64,000 nucleotides of DNA from Selaginella moellendorffii (Eukaryota > Plantae > Lycopodiophyta): positions 1,681,544 through 1,745,543 of the forward strand of contig NW_003314269.1 of assembly GCF_000143415.4 (NCBI RefSeq), in the 5' to 3' direction. The notes below the pieces were generated by a model. That model made no database searches. It was not told the DNA's origin and was given only the letters and a program-made list of their open reading frames with translations. The position numbers and the translations under genes are program-made. This document shows, in pieces, positions 48,837-60,450 of the stretch. Numbering within the stretch: position 1 is the stretch's first letter; each line of letters starts with the position of its first letter.

Positions 48837-50595
48837 TTACATGATTGAACAGGCATTGGGATTTTCTTCACTGAACATAGTACTGAATCCAGTGTTGGCA
48901 GGAGGAACGCGGTCGTGGTACGCGTAGCTGTAACCTGGGTGGTAGCTCTGCTCGGTGGTATAGAACTTTTGCTCATGTCCGCGGTCCTGATTTCGGTAAT
49001 TTCCTTCAGGTTGTTGTCGATACCTTGGCTGCTCGTAGTCATCCTCGAACGAGACATACTTCGGAGCTACCTGCGACTTTTGCTTCTTCTGGTTGCTATT
49101 GGACTTTCGATCACCGTCGAAGCGAGAGGTATCCATGTACGGTGATTTGTTGTGCTCATTGCTGTAAGTGGAGCCTGATGACTTGTGCTCATTGTTGTAG
49201 GTGGAGGCGCCATATCCCGACTTTTTAAACTCGTGGCCGGACTGCTTATGATGATTACCGTAAAGTCCAGTGGAATTCTCGTCATCGTAGCCTGAACGGA
49301 TGTTGGGCTTCTTGACACTGTCGCTGAAGTCACTGTCGTCTTCCGAGCCAGAATGTGAGAGATCATCGTACTCGGACCGGGTATCGACCTTGTAGTTGGC
49401 CTTCTTTTCCTTCGCCGACTTGAAACCTTCGGACTTTTGGCTCTTCGGGGACTTGAATTCGCCATAGTGATCAAACTTCTCGTTCTTGGGGGACTTGGAA
49501 TCGCCATAGAAGTCGGACTTCTGCTGGTGCTTTTGAGGCTTGACATCGCCATAGAAGTCGGACATTTGCTGGTTCTTTTGAGGCTTGACATCGCCATAGA
49601 AGTCGGACTTCTGCTGGTTCTTTTGAGGCTTGATATCATCGTAGAAGTCGGACTTCTGCTGGTTCTTTTGAGGCTTGGCATCGCTGTAGAAGTCGGACTT
49701 TTGGTTCTTGGAGGACTTGAAGCTGCCAAAGAACGAGTCAGACTTCTGGTTCTTTTGGTTCTTCTGGGGCTTGGCATCGGTGTGGAAGTCGGAGGACTTT
49801 TGGCCCTTGGGGGACTTGAAATCACCGTAGCCGCCGGAATTCTGGTTCTTCTGAGGCTTGAGGTCGCCGTAGAAGTCGGACTTCTGGTTCTTTTGAGGCT
49901 TGAGATCGCCGAAGTAGTCGGTCTTCTGACTTTTCTGGGGCTTGAGATCGCTGTAGAAGTCGGACATCTGGTTTTTGGGGGACTTGAAATCGCCATACAA
50001 GTCGGACTTGCCTCCGTCCTTGCCGTAAAACTGCATTTTGGGTGAATGCTCGTAGTCGGAGGCTTCAGACAAGTATTCGGGCTGAGGATGGAAGGAACGG
50101 TCGTGTTCGTTCGACTTGTTGCTGCTTTGGAAGCTTTTGTTACCGTTGTTTCCCTTCGGACCTCCTTTCGAAGCTTTGCTCGGGGTGGTCATGACAGGCT
50201 GAGATCCATACAGGTTCTTGTTGCCGTTGCCGTTTGGATAGTTCCACAGCTCCACAGGCTTCCCAGTTTTCTTCACCGCTTTCAAGAGCTTCGACGGATC
50301 GACAAATCCGGTTACTTTGATCCATTCTCTGTTTTTATCTACATCAACTGAGGCGGTGCCTGGACGAAGAAAGCAATGTGTGAGGAGGCCACACTGAAGA
50401 TCACTCGCTATAGCTCACCTTTGACGTTAAACAGTGCCTTCTTCACTCTCCGCTCGCAGCCTTCGCAGTGCAGTCCGACTTTGAGTATCACGGTCTGCAA
50501 GTTTTCAAGCTGAGTCAGGAAAGCGAGTTCGAGGACGACCTGCTTCTTCTTACCTGCATGCTGGTGGTGGTGGTGGTGGCTATGGTGTTGGTCAT
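48837..50595 (-). CDS. HIPP with a long K/Q/S/D-rich repeat insert, 3 exons
   Basis: TVILKVGLHCEGCERRV, IKVTGFVDP..VELW and C-terminal FSEENPNACSIM (CaaX). The start MTNTIATTTTTSMQ is inferred from intron phase. Confidence 0.9.
49440..50010 (-). repeat. Coding minisatellite, 39/42-bp units (SDFYGDxKPQKNQ(Q)K), about 13-14 copies
   Basis: Repeated agaagtcggacttct...ttttgaggctt units. Confidence 0.9.
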
Positions 50596-53042
50596 TGTAG
50601 AAGATGCAACACATAGATTGCAAGGCAGATTCTGGATTTGAAGACGACTATCAAAGCCGAGCGGGATGCGTTTCCTGTGCGACTCAGGAAGCAACTGTCG
50701 TACAGACACGATATGTTTTATAGAATGGAGGCGCTAGAGCAAGAGCCTTGGAAGAAAAGCCATGAGTATATATCAGAGCGCAGGAGGCAGGCACACTCTG
50801 GGAAGGAGCTTCACATCGACAACCTGGAAAGGAGAAAAAGCAATGCGGCCACAGTGCACTAGCTGGAGCTCCTCCTGGAAGCTACGCAAGGACCGAGCAA
50901 AACCGAGGAAAGAGGAAGAGTAGAATAAGGGGCTGATCTCACTCAAAGTTAGTCGTTTCCTCCTACTGCTGCAAGAGCCTAGCAAGCGATCAGGGAGAAG
51001 CTGTATTTTGATGGTCGACAGTCCGTGCTTCCAGGCGTGCTTTTGGGACTGAGCGGAGCTGAGGTAGCCGTGAAAGCAAAGAAAGAGTGGCAATTCCAGG
51101 AGCTGAGCAGCAGCAGCAGCAGCAGTGCAGGGAACTGGAGTGGTGGCGAGCAGCGAGTGGATGAGCGGCTGGCTCGTGACGCTAGAAAAAGAGAGTAGCA
51201 GAAACGCGGGGGCGGAGGAAGGGAAGACGAGAAGAAGCAGCGAGCAAGTCACCAAAATATCATGTCATTCCGGGCTGGCTTTTTTCTGCTCCGTATACCA
51301 CACCGAGAGGTACTCATTGGCCTTTCCAGGCTGCCACCGGCAAGCGAATCCCAAATGCAGGAGGAATGAATCTCAACAAGCTCGCGTCAAAGGCTAGCGC
51401 ATCAACGCGGAGGTAAGGCTAAGGCTATACATATAGTTAGTGATGACTTACTGAACTTTTGTGGTGATTTTAGCTCTTTACTGGAGCACTAAACGAGGTA
51501 AGTGCTTGCTTTTTTATCTCCTTTTACATTGATTGAGGTGGCTGCTCTACTTTTTCAGGTTTCTACTACCAAGGACGTTGTTTAGAGTCCCGGCAGTGGG
51601 GTGGTTGCATTGGTACGTACGTTTTTTTATTTTTCTAGAGCGCGTCTCCTCCTAGATCTGATTGTCTTAGCTATTAGCTAATTCTTGGCACGTTTATCTA
51701 CTCAGAGCAAACGTGGAGAAAACAAAAGGCGTACGGCATGCCCGTTCTGCCAGCCACTCGTACGCGTGCAAGCCACGAGATCTGATTGCTACTACCAGCC
51801 AGCCAAGATAAAAAAAATGAAGAAAATGGGGTACACACGAGGTTTCTTTCTTGCAATTGCTTCCCCAACGTTCTACTTACACAGGCGGTCTTTATTTTAT
51901 AGAGCGGGCTCACATGGTTTGCGCCTAGGAAACCTCAAACGTTGTTTTCGGGGGTCCGGAGCCCAGCAGCAACATCCAAAGGCTAATACTTTAGCTTTCT
52001 TGCCTTGTGTCTTCAGCTCACTGAGGACGATTCCACAAATCAAGCTGCCGCCTCAAGCAGGGACCACTTTGTCGATCGTATAATTCTAAGCGGAGAACCA
52101 ACCGGTAAGCAAAGGCTTTTGCGAGAAAGCTTTGTGTCTTATCTTACGTTTTTTCTTGTGCTTTCGGACACTTGCTTTTTGTGCTTCGTCCCAGCAGCGG
52201 CAGCCAGCGGTGGGACACAGCATTCCTGGGAATTAAAGCTCAAAGGTTTAAAAAAAAGGAAGGAAAGAGAAAGACACTCTGCGTACCTCCGGAGTGGCAG
52301 AGGTGGCCTAGAAAATCTTTAAGGGGCGGAGATGGACACGAACGACGCCGACCCGAGCCGAGAGTAAAGTATCTGGGGCTGCTTCTCGCTCGGCTTTGAT
52401 GTTCTTGTTGACTAAGTGAACACTTCGAAAAACTCTACGCAGCTTTTGTCGCATTCACTGTTGTGTGTGGGATCATGGGAGCCTCGCAGCGCAAACTGGT
52501 CCCGGACAGAACTTTGGAAGCCGAGTGCCGGGTAAGCTTGGCTTTGTGCTTGTTGGCTTTGTTTCCAGCCGCTAAAGACACATACTCGTCTTCTTCTCCG
52601 ATGGTTCTTGCAGCAGCGCTATTTGCCGGCCAAATACGTCGCCATCGATTGTTACGCTTGGAGGGGTGCGCTGTGCTGGGAGGAGAAAGAATCCAGCGGC
52701 TATGATTTTTATTCCCGACGCGAGACGTCCACCACTGCGGGTACACAATGTCCCTCTTACGCAAGCAGCACCAAGAAAAAGGTTCGCTTTCTGGCGTAGA
52801 AAAAGAAGGATGAAATCTCTTCTAGCAGGATTTTTGCAGAGATTTGGCCGACGCTAGCTCCAGATTACTAGGATATGGACCCCGGAACAATCATCAGAGA
52901 CAAGGCGGAAACGAAAATATCCATGCTTTTATCCGAGACTTGTATCAAAGTTACGTTCCATTACATCAATCACTGTGTTCGCTACCTGGTTCGTTCTGGA
53001 TGGACAGACTTTGGATTTTTTTTTTGGTTTGGCTCGATCGAG

Positions 53043-56000
53043 TCAGCTTACTCGCAGGTTCTCAAATCTCTCCTGTAAAGTTTTGTCTCCTCCACTGGAA
53101 AACAAGCTGCCCAGCGCTTGAGCTGCTTGGAGAGCCTGCGTTTGCTTCGTACTCACTCTTTCGAGTCCTTCTAAGTTTGGTGCCGGCGATCTCAGCAAGG
53201 AATGTAGCCAGCCGTGTAGAAACGCCGCACGCTAGACACAAAAAGAAGCACTAAGTTTGCGAGCTGTAAGTTGTGGAAAAAGCTCACCTTGTGTAAGAAG
53301 TCCTTGAGCGAGCAGTAGTCCTCAGGGCTTGCATATGAAAGGATTTGGAGGAGTGTTGTGTCTAGCTGTAAAATCGGCAATCAAAAGTTGATGGGAAAGA
53401 AAGAGAGGTTAAAAAGGAGAAAGAAAGACCTGCTCTGATAGTGTTGACATGTATTTAAAACTCGATGGCGCAGTTTTGCCAGAGTCTAGTGACTCGAGCG
53501 CATGGACTAGCCCGTGAAGGACATCACCAAAGGATTCCCCGAAGTCTACATCCATACCAAAGTCTTAGTAATTGATAAAACACATGGAGATTTCACATTA
53601 CCATCCCGACAGCTGGGAACAGCCAATGCAGATGCCGCGTGTATACGGATTTTGAAGTTTCCGGAATCGCGTAAAAGCAGCAGCAAGATGCTAAACACCG
53701 AAGAAGACCTGTTGAGGAAGACAACACTGGTTATGGTACTGTAGTGAAAACGAAACCAAGAAACTCACCATGGCATCTCTGGTAGAGAAATGGTTCTGTT
53801 GAGAAATAAATTACCGAGTGCGTGGCACACATTCCATTGAACCTGAAAAAAGCACGTGACTGGCACAATTGAGGCAATAAACGCTGGTCAAAATACCTTC
53901 ACGTTGCCTGTTGTGATGCACGACACCAGCGTCTGGACCATGCGCCCCAGCCATAAAAGTGGTGGACTCCGGTTTTCGTCGGTCGCAACGCCGTCAGAGA
54001 AGTCTGCAAACTTCGCAAGGTTGCCCAATGCTCTGACGGCGTTTGCGCGGACCTGGAAAGACCTCAGAGTTTGTCTGCATAGACAAACCACCTACCTTAT
54101 CTCCATCTTTAGCTGCCTTCAGTGCAACCTCTGCCAAAGTAGTCAATAATTTCGAGTCACGGGCAATAGCTGTTATAAAAGCAGCATAAGAAGCATCAAT
54201 ACATTAACATGGACATACGTACGTGGGAATCCATTTTCAAAGCTTTTGCAGAAGGCGTCACAGATATTTGCTAAAGCCCAGCAAGACGTGATTCGTACCT
54301 GCATCATTTTCAGCTAGTTACAGCTGTGGAGTTAATCACGGGCAAAAAGAAACTAACCGATAAGGCAGCATCTGAGATAGCAGCCTGGATAGTGGCAACG
54401 ACGGAGTTTAATCTTTGATTCCTGGACGGAACTTGTTAGCAGAATAACTAAGCAAGCAGCTAGACCACCTTTCAACGATCTCACTACAGCCCACTAAAAC
54501 TCCAATTGCTCTGGAAGCTGCCGAGCGTACAGATGCTGTATCATCTCTAATAGCCGCATTTATCTGAAAAGAACAAGAATCAGACAAAGACGCCCGGAAT
54601 TTTCAGAGTTTGCTTACGACAGTGGACAGTATGTACTCCTGGTGTTTCTCTGATAAGTTAGAGTAGACGCCTGGTGTTAGACCGGCAAAACAGGTTAATG
54701 CAGCTGCTCGGACCTGTAAGCCCTGGTGAGCACGAGGACAAAAAACACGGCAACAACTAACCATAGGGGTACCGTGGTACAGTACTAGTGGAAGAAACTT
54801 ATTCATGACTTCAAGCCACTGAGATGCTGCAGGATCGAGCTTATCGGGGACATTCTGAACAGTTCTTCCAGTAGCAGTTAGCAGCTTTATTGGTTGAGGC
54901 ACCAAAGACGGACTCGGCGATGTTGTTGGAAAGTCGAACATATCGTCTGCACCGTTGAAACCAGATAACACTCGCAGCAACTCGTCTAAAAGCTGCCATT
55001 TTCCAATGATCACAAACCCGAAAACCAAATGCTTCCCGTGTACCTTTAGCGAATGATATACAGTTTTTTCATCCACGGCCCGAAAATTCCCGACTGGAAA
55101 TGGAACCTCAGTAATATGTGTAGCGCTTTCATGCTCTATGACTTCGTGAACCACCTCCGCTAGTTCATTCCAGTAAAGAGAAGCCAAAGTAGAGTGACTG
55201 TGGACAGCAGCCTTCAATGCCTACACAGTTTTAGACGTGAGGCAACATGCATGAGCACAGAAAACCTTTTACCTGGAGAGCTTCGATACGAACACCTGAA
55301 AATGGTGACGCTCTTGCAAGATAGATTAAATTTGCTAGTACTGACTTTTTAGAAACTGCAAGTACTAGTATTAGAAAATGGCTAACTACAAATAATCAAG
55401 CCTCACCTTGATTCTGCTCGAGTATAGAGCTCAAGACTTGTGACGATCCTGAAGAAGCCGCCAAAGCTACAGATAAACAGCTAAGTCCTGGAACCTGCTC
55501 ATTGAAAAAGAATCAGTCATGTTGACAACTGCAGACTTCCTCACCAAAAGTGTCTGATCGGAAGAGGGTGTAAGCTCAAATATTCTTTTGTGTACAGTGT
55601 TGATAACGTCATTCAGTACTCCTATTGGAAGACGATCGAATCTGTCAAATTTTGTAGCAAAAGAAAAACAATATTTTGAGAAGATAACTATGAAACAAAG
55701 AAAGCTTACGGGCTAGAAGATACGAGTAGTGACAAGGCTTTTAATATCGCAACAAGAACGCCAGATTGAGACTCATTTGAAACCGAATGAAGCAGTCCTA
55801 AGAAATGACGATCCAGTAAGCCCCATTTTAAAGTCAAATCCTGAGCATGTACCTGTATAAAGTTGGACAATGATCTGCCCAAGGGATGTGGACAATGTTG
55901 TAAACGAGCCGGCTTTTCCCGAGTCCTTGTACTCTGCTACTTGGAGAAAAGCTTTGGCTGGACCTTCCAATAAAGCAGAAATCGTAGACGCTGCAGCAAG

Positions 56001-57726
56001 ACGGGTCTACACTACGCGCTAGTTCAATTTCAAACGTAAGAAAAACCAATATGTACCTTTGAAACTGGATCAAAAATTAGAGTTGTTACCAATGTTGGTT
56101 GATACAGACTGCATTATCCACGATGAAACTGAGTTACAAACCTGTTTATTAATCAAAAATAAGATTTTAAGTCGATTAACTTACCGTGGATGTAAAACGT
56201 TATGAGTTGGTAGCAGTAACGTCCAATGTGCATGCAGAGATTTCGGGTCAGCTCGAGCTATGGCCTGCATAAGCACAAAAAAAAAAAAGAAAAAAAAAAA
56301 AAACAAGAAATCAAAACAACATAAAAGAATAGCTGCGTACTTGGATACAAAGAATTGCGTTTGTCCGAGCCTTCGAGCTTCTGAATTGGTCAGTCTCTTG
56401 CGAATTATCGTTATCACTTTGTTCCGAATCTGAAAATAGCGTTCGTTTGTCTGAGTCCAAGCTTGGACTGCTAGACTCTCCACCATCTTGCATCCGAGAA
56501 CGCAAATGTGGAGGCCTGTACAAACTGCTGCCTTTGCCTTTCAAAACTTCTTGAGGTGCTGTCTGTGAACTTCGAGGTGATGGAACTGTTGCATCGGGGA
56601 AAGCTCGAGTGCGATTTCCGGGAAGACCGTATGACACAAACATCCGCAGCACGGCCACAAAACCACCGATCTGCTAAAAAATCAGTACGAAAACCAAAAC
56701 CTGGCTTTGAATACTCACGTTGTCATCAAGGGGAGCTTTAGCATCAGAGAAAACAATATGCAGGGCACGTAAGATTGCGGCGTAATACCTGCACATAATT
56801 GTGAATCAGGTTAGAAAGACACCGTACTTAGTTCACAAACCTGGAAGCCGCGGTCTCTTCTAAAAGTTCCACTCCAACCTGGTCCAGCACTTTGCGAAAA
56901 GCCTGGCGATGACACGAGTGGTTACCTACAAATTTTCTACTGATCAAGGCTAACCTGCACGACTTTTTGCCAGGTATCTTTGGTAACAAGAGATCCAGCC
57001 CGAGTAAAGACATTCGCAATAGCAGTGTAAATGCTGGAATCAAATCGCCCTCCTTTACGTGCTCTGACTGAGTTGCGCGTGGACGCCACCAACGGCACAA
57101 GTCCGAGCACAAGAGCGTTTGCTTCGTCGGATGATAGATGCTGTCCATGACCGTGAACGAAGAACCTGAAACAAAAAAGCTTTAAAACGGAAAAACGAAA
57201 TGCGAAAGAACCTACGCAAGAGCGTTGACAGTCTCAAAGACGTGATCGCAAGGATGGTTCTCGAGGCCAGCCTTCTGGATGCTCGACACTCCCTGCTCAA
57301 TCGCTCCGCGAAGAAAACTAAAAACCTGAGCAGCCGACTCCTTGCGAAATTCGAGCTGGGCGGAGGATATCAAATCCACCACCTGGAAGAAAGGGAAACA
57401 TCGCACCAAAGGAAACAAGAACACGAAGAAACTAGATTACCAGAATGGAAGCTTTCCTGAGGGCCACATTGTCACTCACGAACTTGGACGCCGCGTCTAA
57501 CAGCGCCAAGATGTCTCCCAGCGCCTGAGAAAGATCGAACAGGGGACAATGTAGACGATCTATAATCCAATACACACACCTCTTGCGATGGAATCTCGAG
57601 AGACGAGCGCGCTAGCGCCGGCGCCTGGCCCAGAATCTCCTGCACAGCAGCGGCCTCGTCGAATCCGCGACGTAGGCCTCCAAATGCGCTCCGCCATGCC
57701 CTAATCCTCGCGCTGGGGAAGGCCAT
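53043..57726 (-). CDS. HEATR6: HEAT-repeat protein 6-like (DUF4042), many exons
   Basis: AWRSAF, SSKARTNAILCIQ|AIARADPKSLHAHWTLLLP, SFTTLSTSLG, VRANAVRALGNL, GNVK|VQWNVCHAL, NFKIRIHAASAL. Confidence 0.87.
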
Positions 57727-57993
57727 TGCCACCGTCGCAGCGCCTCAGCCATGCTCCATAATATAAACCCTAATTCCATGGCACATATAGAGATGAAAGA
57801 AAGAGAGCTATCGAGGAGAAGCTTGGCAATGGCATGATCAAGGCGCTCTCTTCCATATTTCCAGCGACCATCAAACACTACTCTTCTAGTGATCGTACTC
57901 GGCCAGAACCAACGGCTAGGATTGGCCCATACAAACGAGCGCTCCTGATTGCCCTATTTTGTTTGAGCGCAAGGAAAGATTTGAACTAAGGCT

Positions 57994-60385
57994 ATGGCGG
58001 ACGACGCCACCGTCGCGGCTGTGGCGAGTCGCGCCGATCGATTCAGCCGGATTGCCAAGGTTGTAAGGAGGGATTTGGATTGCTACGCTGAGGCTGATGG
58101 ATTATCGGCGCTGGTGGTGAGGGGAGGTACTTGCGCTTCTTCGTCTTCCTCCCTCCAGACGCTGGAGCCGCCATGGATCGCGCGGCGGCGGCGGAGGGAG
58201 ATGGCGGCTCTGGATCAGGAGAGGAGGGAGAGCGAGCATCAGGCGAGCGTGAGGCAAGTGGTGGAAATGGCGGTGGGGATGGGAGAACAGGTTGATGCCA
58301 TGAGGAGGCAATTGGAGGAGCAAAATCGGCAGCTCAAGGCGCTCACAGTGGGTCACTGTGCTCAGGTAAATCTTCGTTTCTTCCCGATAGCAAAGCTCTC
58401 GATTTTTTTTCTTGCTTGATTGAATGGCTTTCTTCTTCTACCTTGTCTTGGAAGTTTTCTTTTTACGCGTGAAAATGCTGTGCTTGGCGATTTGTCGCTC
58501 TTTTTCTTGATGATCATCACGTATGCAGTATCCAATGCTTTCGATTGTTTCTTGAGCGTATGGTTTCTTCTTCTACCTTGTCTGGGAGTACTAGTCTGTG
58601 TTGTTCGTGAAAGTTTACGCGTGAAATGCTGTGTTTGGCACTATGTTGCTCTTTTTCTTGATGTCATCAGGTATCTCAATACTTACAACATTTTCGCTTC
58701 GATTCGTTAAAACCTTTGGAGCTGATTGTGGTGTTTCTTCTCTTTTTTTGATCTTCCAGACAAGCATCCAGCAGCAGCTACTAGACATGCTCGCCACGGT
58801 GCAAACAAAACAGCAGCGTTCCAAGTCTCCCCCCAGGCCCGCTTATATTCACACAACACACGGGCAAACGCCGCAAGAGTATCACACGCTTACATGGCTT
58901 CACAACAATCACAGACAAGCTGGTAAGCATTATAGGCATCCGGCTCACGGTTTTCGTCCGTTAAGAAGATCATCTATCCACAGTGACCTGCACAAGTATG
59001 ACTCGGGAAGTGACAGGACCAGGACAACTTTTGGAGGAACGCGTAGGCGTGGCCACAGAAGAAGTCCGCCAGTGTCCGTTCCAACCGAGCCTGCGCCAGA
59101 GTCTGCTAGAAGTGTAGAGAAAGCAAGAAAACCTTCTCCCAAAAAGACCAAGAAGGTGCCTCTCGTTGCGCTCCTCTATGCAAAATGTAAGCGAAGGTGG
59201 CAAAAGCAATCCGCACGAAAACGGGAGAAGACTGCTCGTCAAGGTCGGTTTTCTTTGGTTTTCTATCTTCGTTAAATTCTTTTTTACTTTCTTCGCAGCT
59301 GCAACCACATCTTCAGCCGCAACTCAGCCGAAACATAACAATGCTAAGTGTCATCGTCATCGCAGCCGCACCGAGCATCATCGGTAAGTAATCTCTTTCA
59401 GAGTCTTTCAGACATTTTCGTTCTAACGCCTTTCTTAGACCGATAATCGAAGAGAGGCATGAAGTACTGGATCTTAGAAATGACAACGCGAAGCAGCTTG
59501 AGGATAAAATTTTAGACTCGATGCTAGAAGTGCTAAAACATGTAAGTGAAGTTTGCCGAGTTCTAAACTCAGTTTTCCTTTCTTCCCCTCCCAGGAAGAC
59601 GAGTTGAAGCAACGGTGGCTTGTATCCGACCAAGACGAAGGGAAGGACATTGGAAAATCTATACTCGATGAATTGATGAATGAAATGGCTCCAAGGTTGG
59701 ACGAGCTTTTACTCTTTCTTTAAAAGGTTCTAAGACTTTCTATACAGAAATCCTGAGAAGACCATGGAAACCATCTCGTAAGTTTTTAACCATCCCTTGC
59801 ATGGTTCTCGCTCAAAGTGAAATTGGCTGCAGTCAAACGAAAGAGTTTCCAGCAAGGCATCACAGTACACTGGCGTAAGTTTTGAGTTTTCACGATCTCT
59901 GCTCACATAAACTCTCAGGCAAACAAAAGAGGATCTAACAATGCACCGAAGCATTGATAATTTAGTGGTGACCGAGTTGTAAGTTTGAATTTTTCACCAT
60001 TCGCGATCTGAGCTCACAAAAATCTCGCAGGCAAACAAAGCAGGAACCAACAAAGATTGACAGTATAATGACCGAGATGTAAGTTGGTTTTTCACTATTC
60101 GCGATCTCAGCTCACAGAAATCTCGCAGAGAGGAACCGACAAGGCATCGAAGCATTGGCAGCACAGTGGGGAACGACTTGTAAGTTTTGAGTTTTCCTAT
60201 TTGACACTCACAGAAAATATCGCAGGCAAACAAGGGAGAAGCCAAGGAATGAAAAGCACGAAAAACTACTTGCCATGATCATGGACGAACAAGTGGAAGA
60301 AATCTCTGCCGAGCTCTTGCTCTTCTGCGACGACTTTGTAGAGGATATATACTCGTCGGAGTTTGCATACGCGGATGATAAGTAA
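57994..60385 (+). CDS. Multi-exon coiled-coil protein, putative KIAA0753/Moonraker-like
   Basis: Consistent GT-AG exon chain from ATG 57994 to TAA 60385. Terminal motifs DRFSRIAKVVRRDL and EISAELLLFCDDFVEDIYSSEF. The gene is well supported; the identity is tentative. Confidence 0.65.
58406..58680. repeat. Tandem ~135-bp duplication inside intron 1
   Basis: atgg(c)tttcttcttctaccttgtct..tttacgcgtgaaa..gctctttttcttgatg occurs twice (~58424 and ~58560). Confidence 0.8.
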
Positions 60386-60450
60386 CCAGCAAGCTCGTCT
60401 TTTATTACCGAGAACACACCTCCACAACCAGCACACTGCGGGTAGTATCA

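Noticed and set aside
49067-50045. Alternative-frame repetitive ORFs and a possible CRISPR-like array
   Set aside because: Other frames of the HIPP coding minisatellite. There are no unique spacers or cas genes and the context is eukaryotic.
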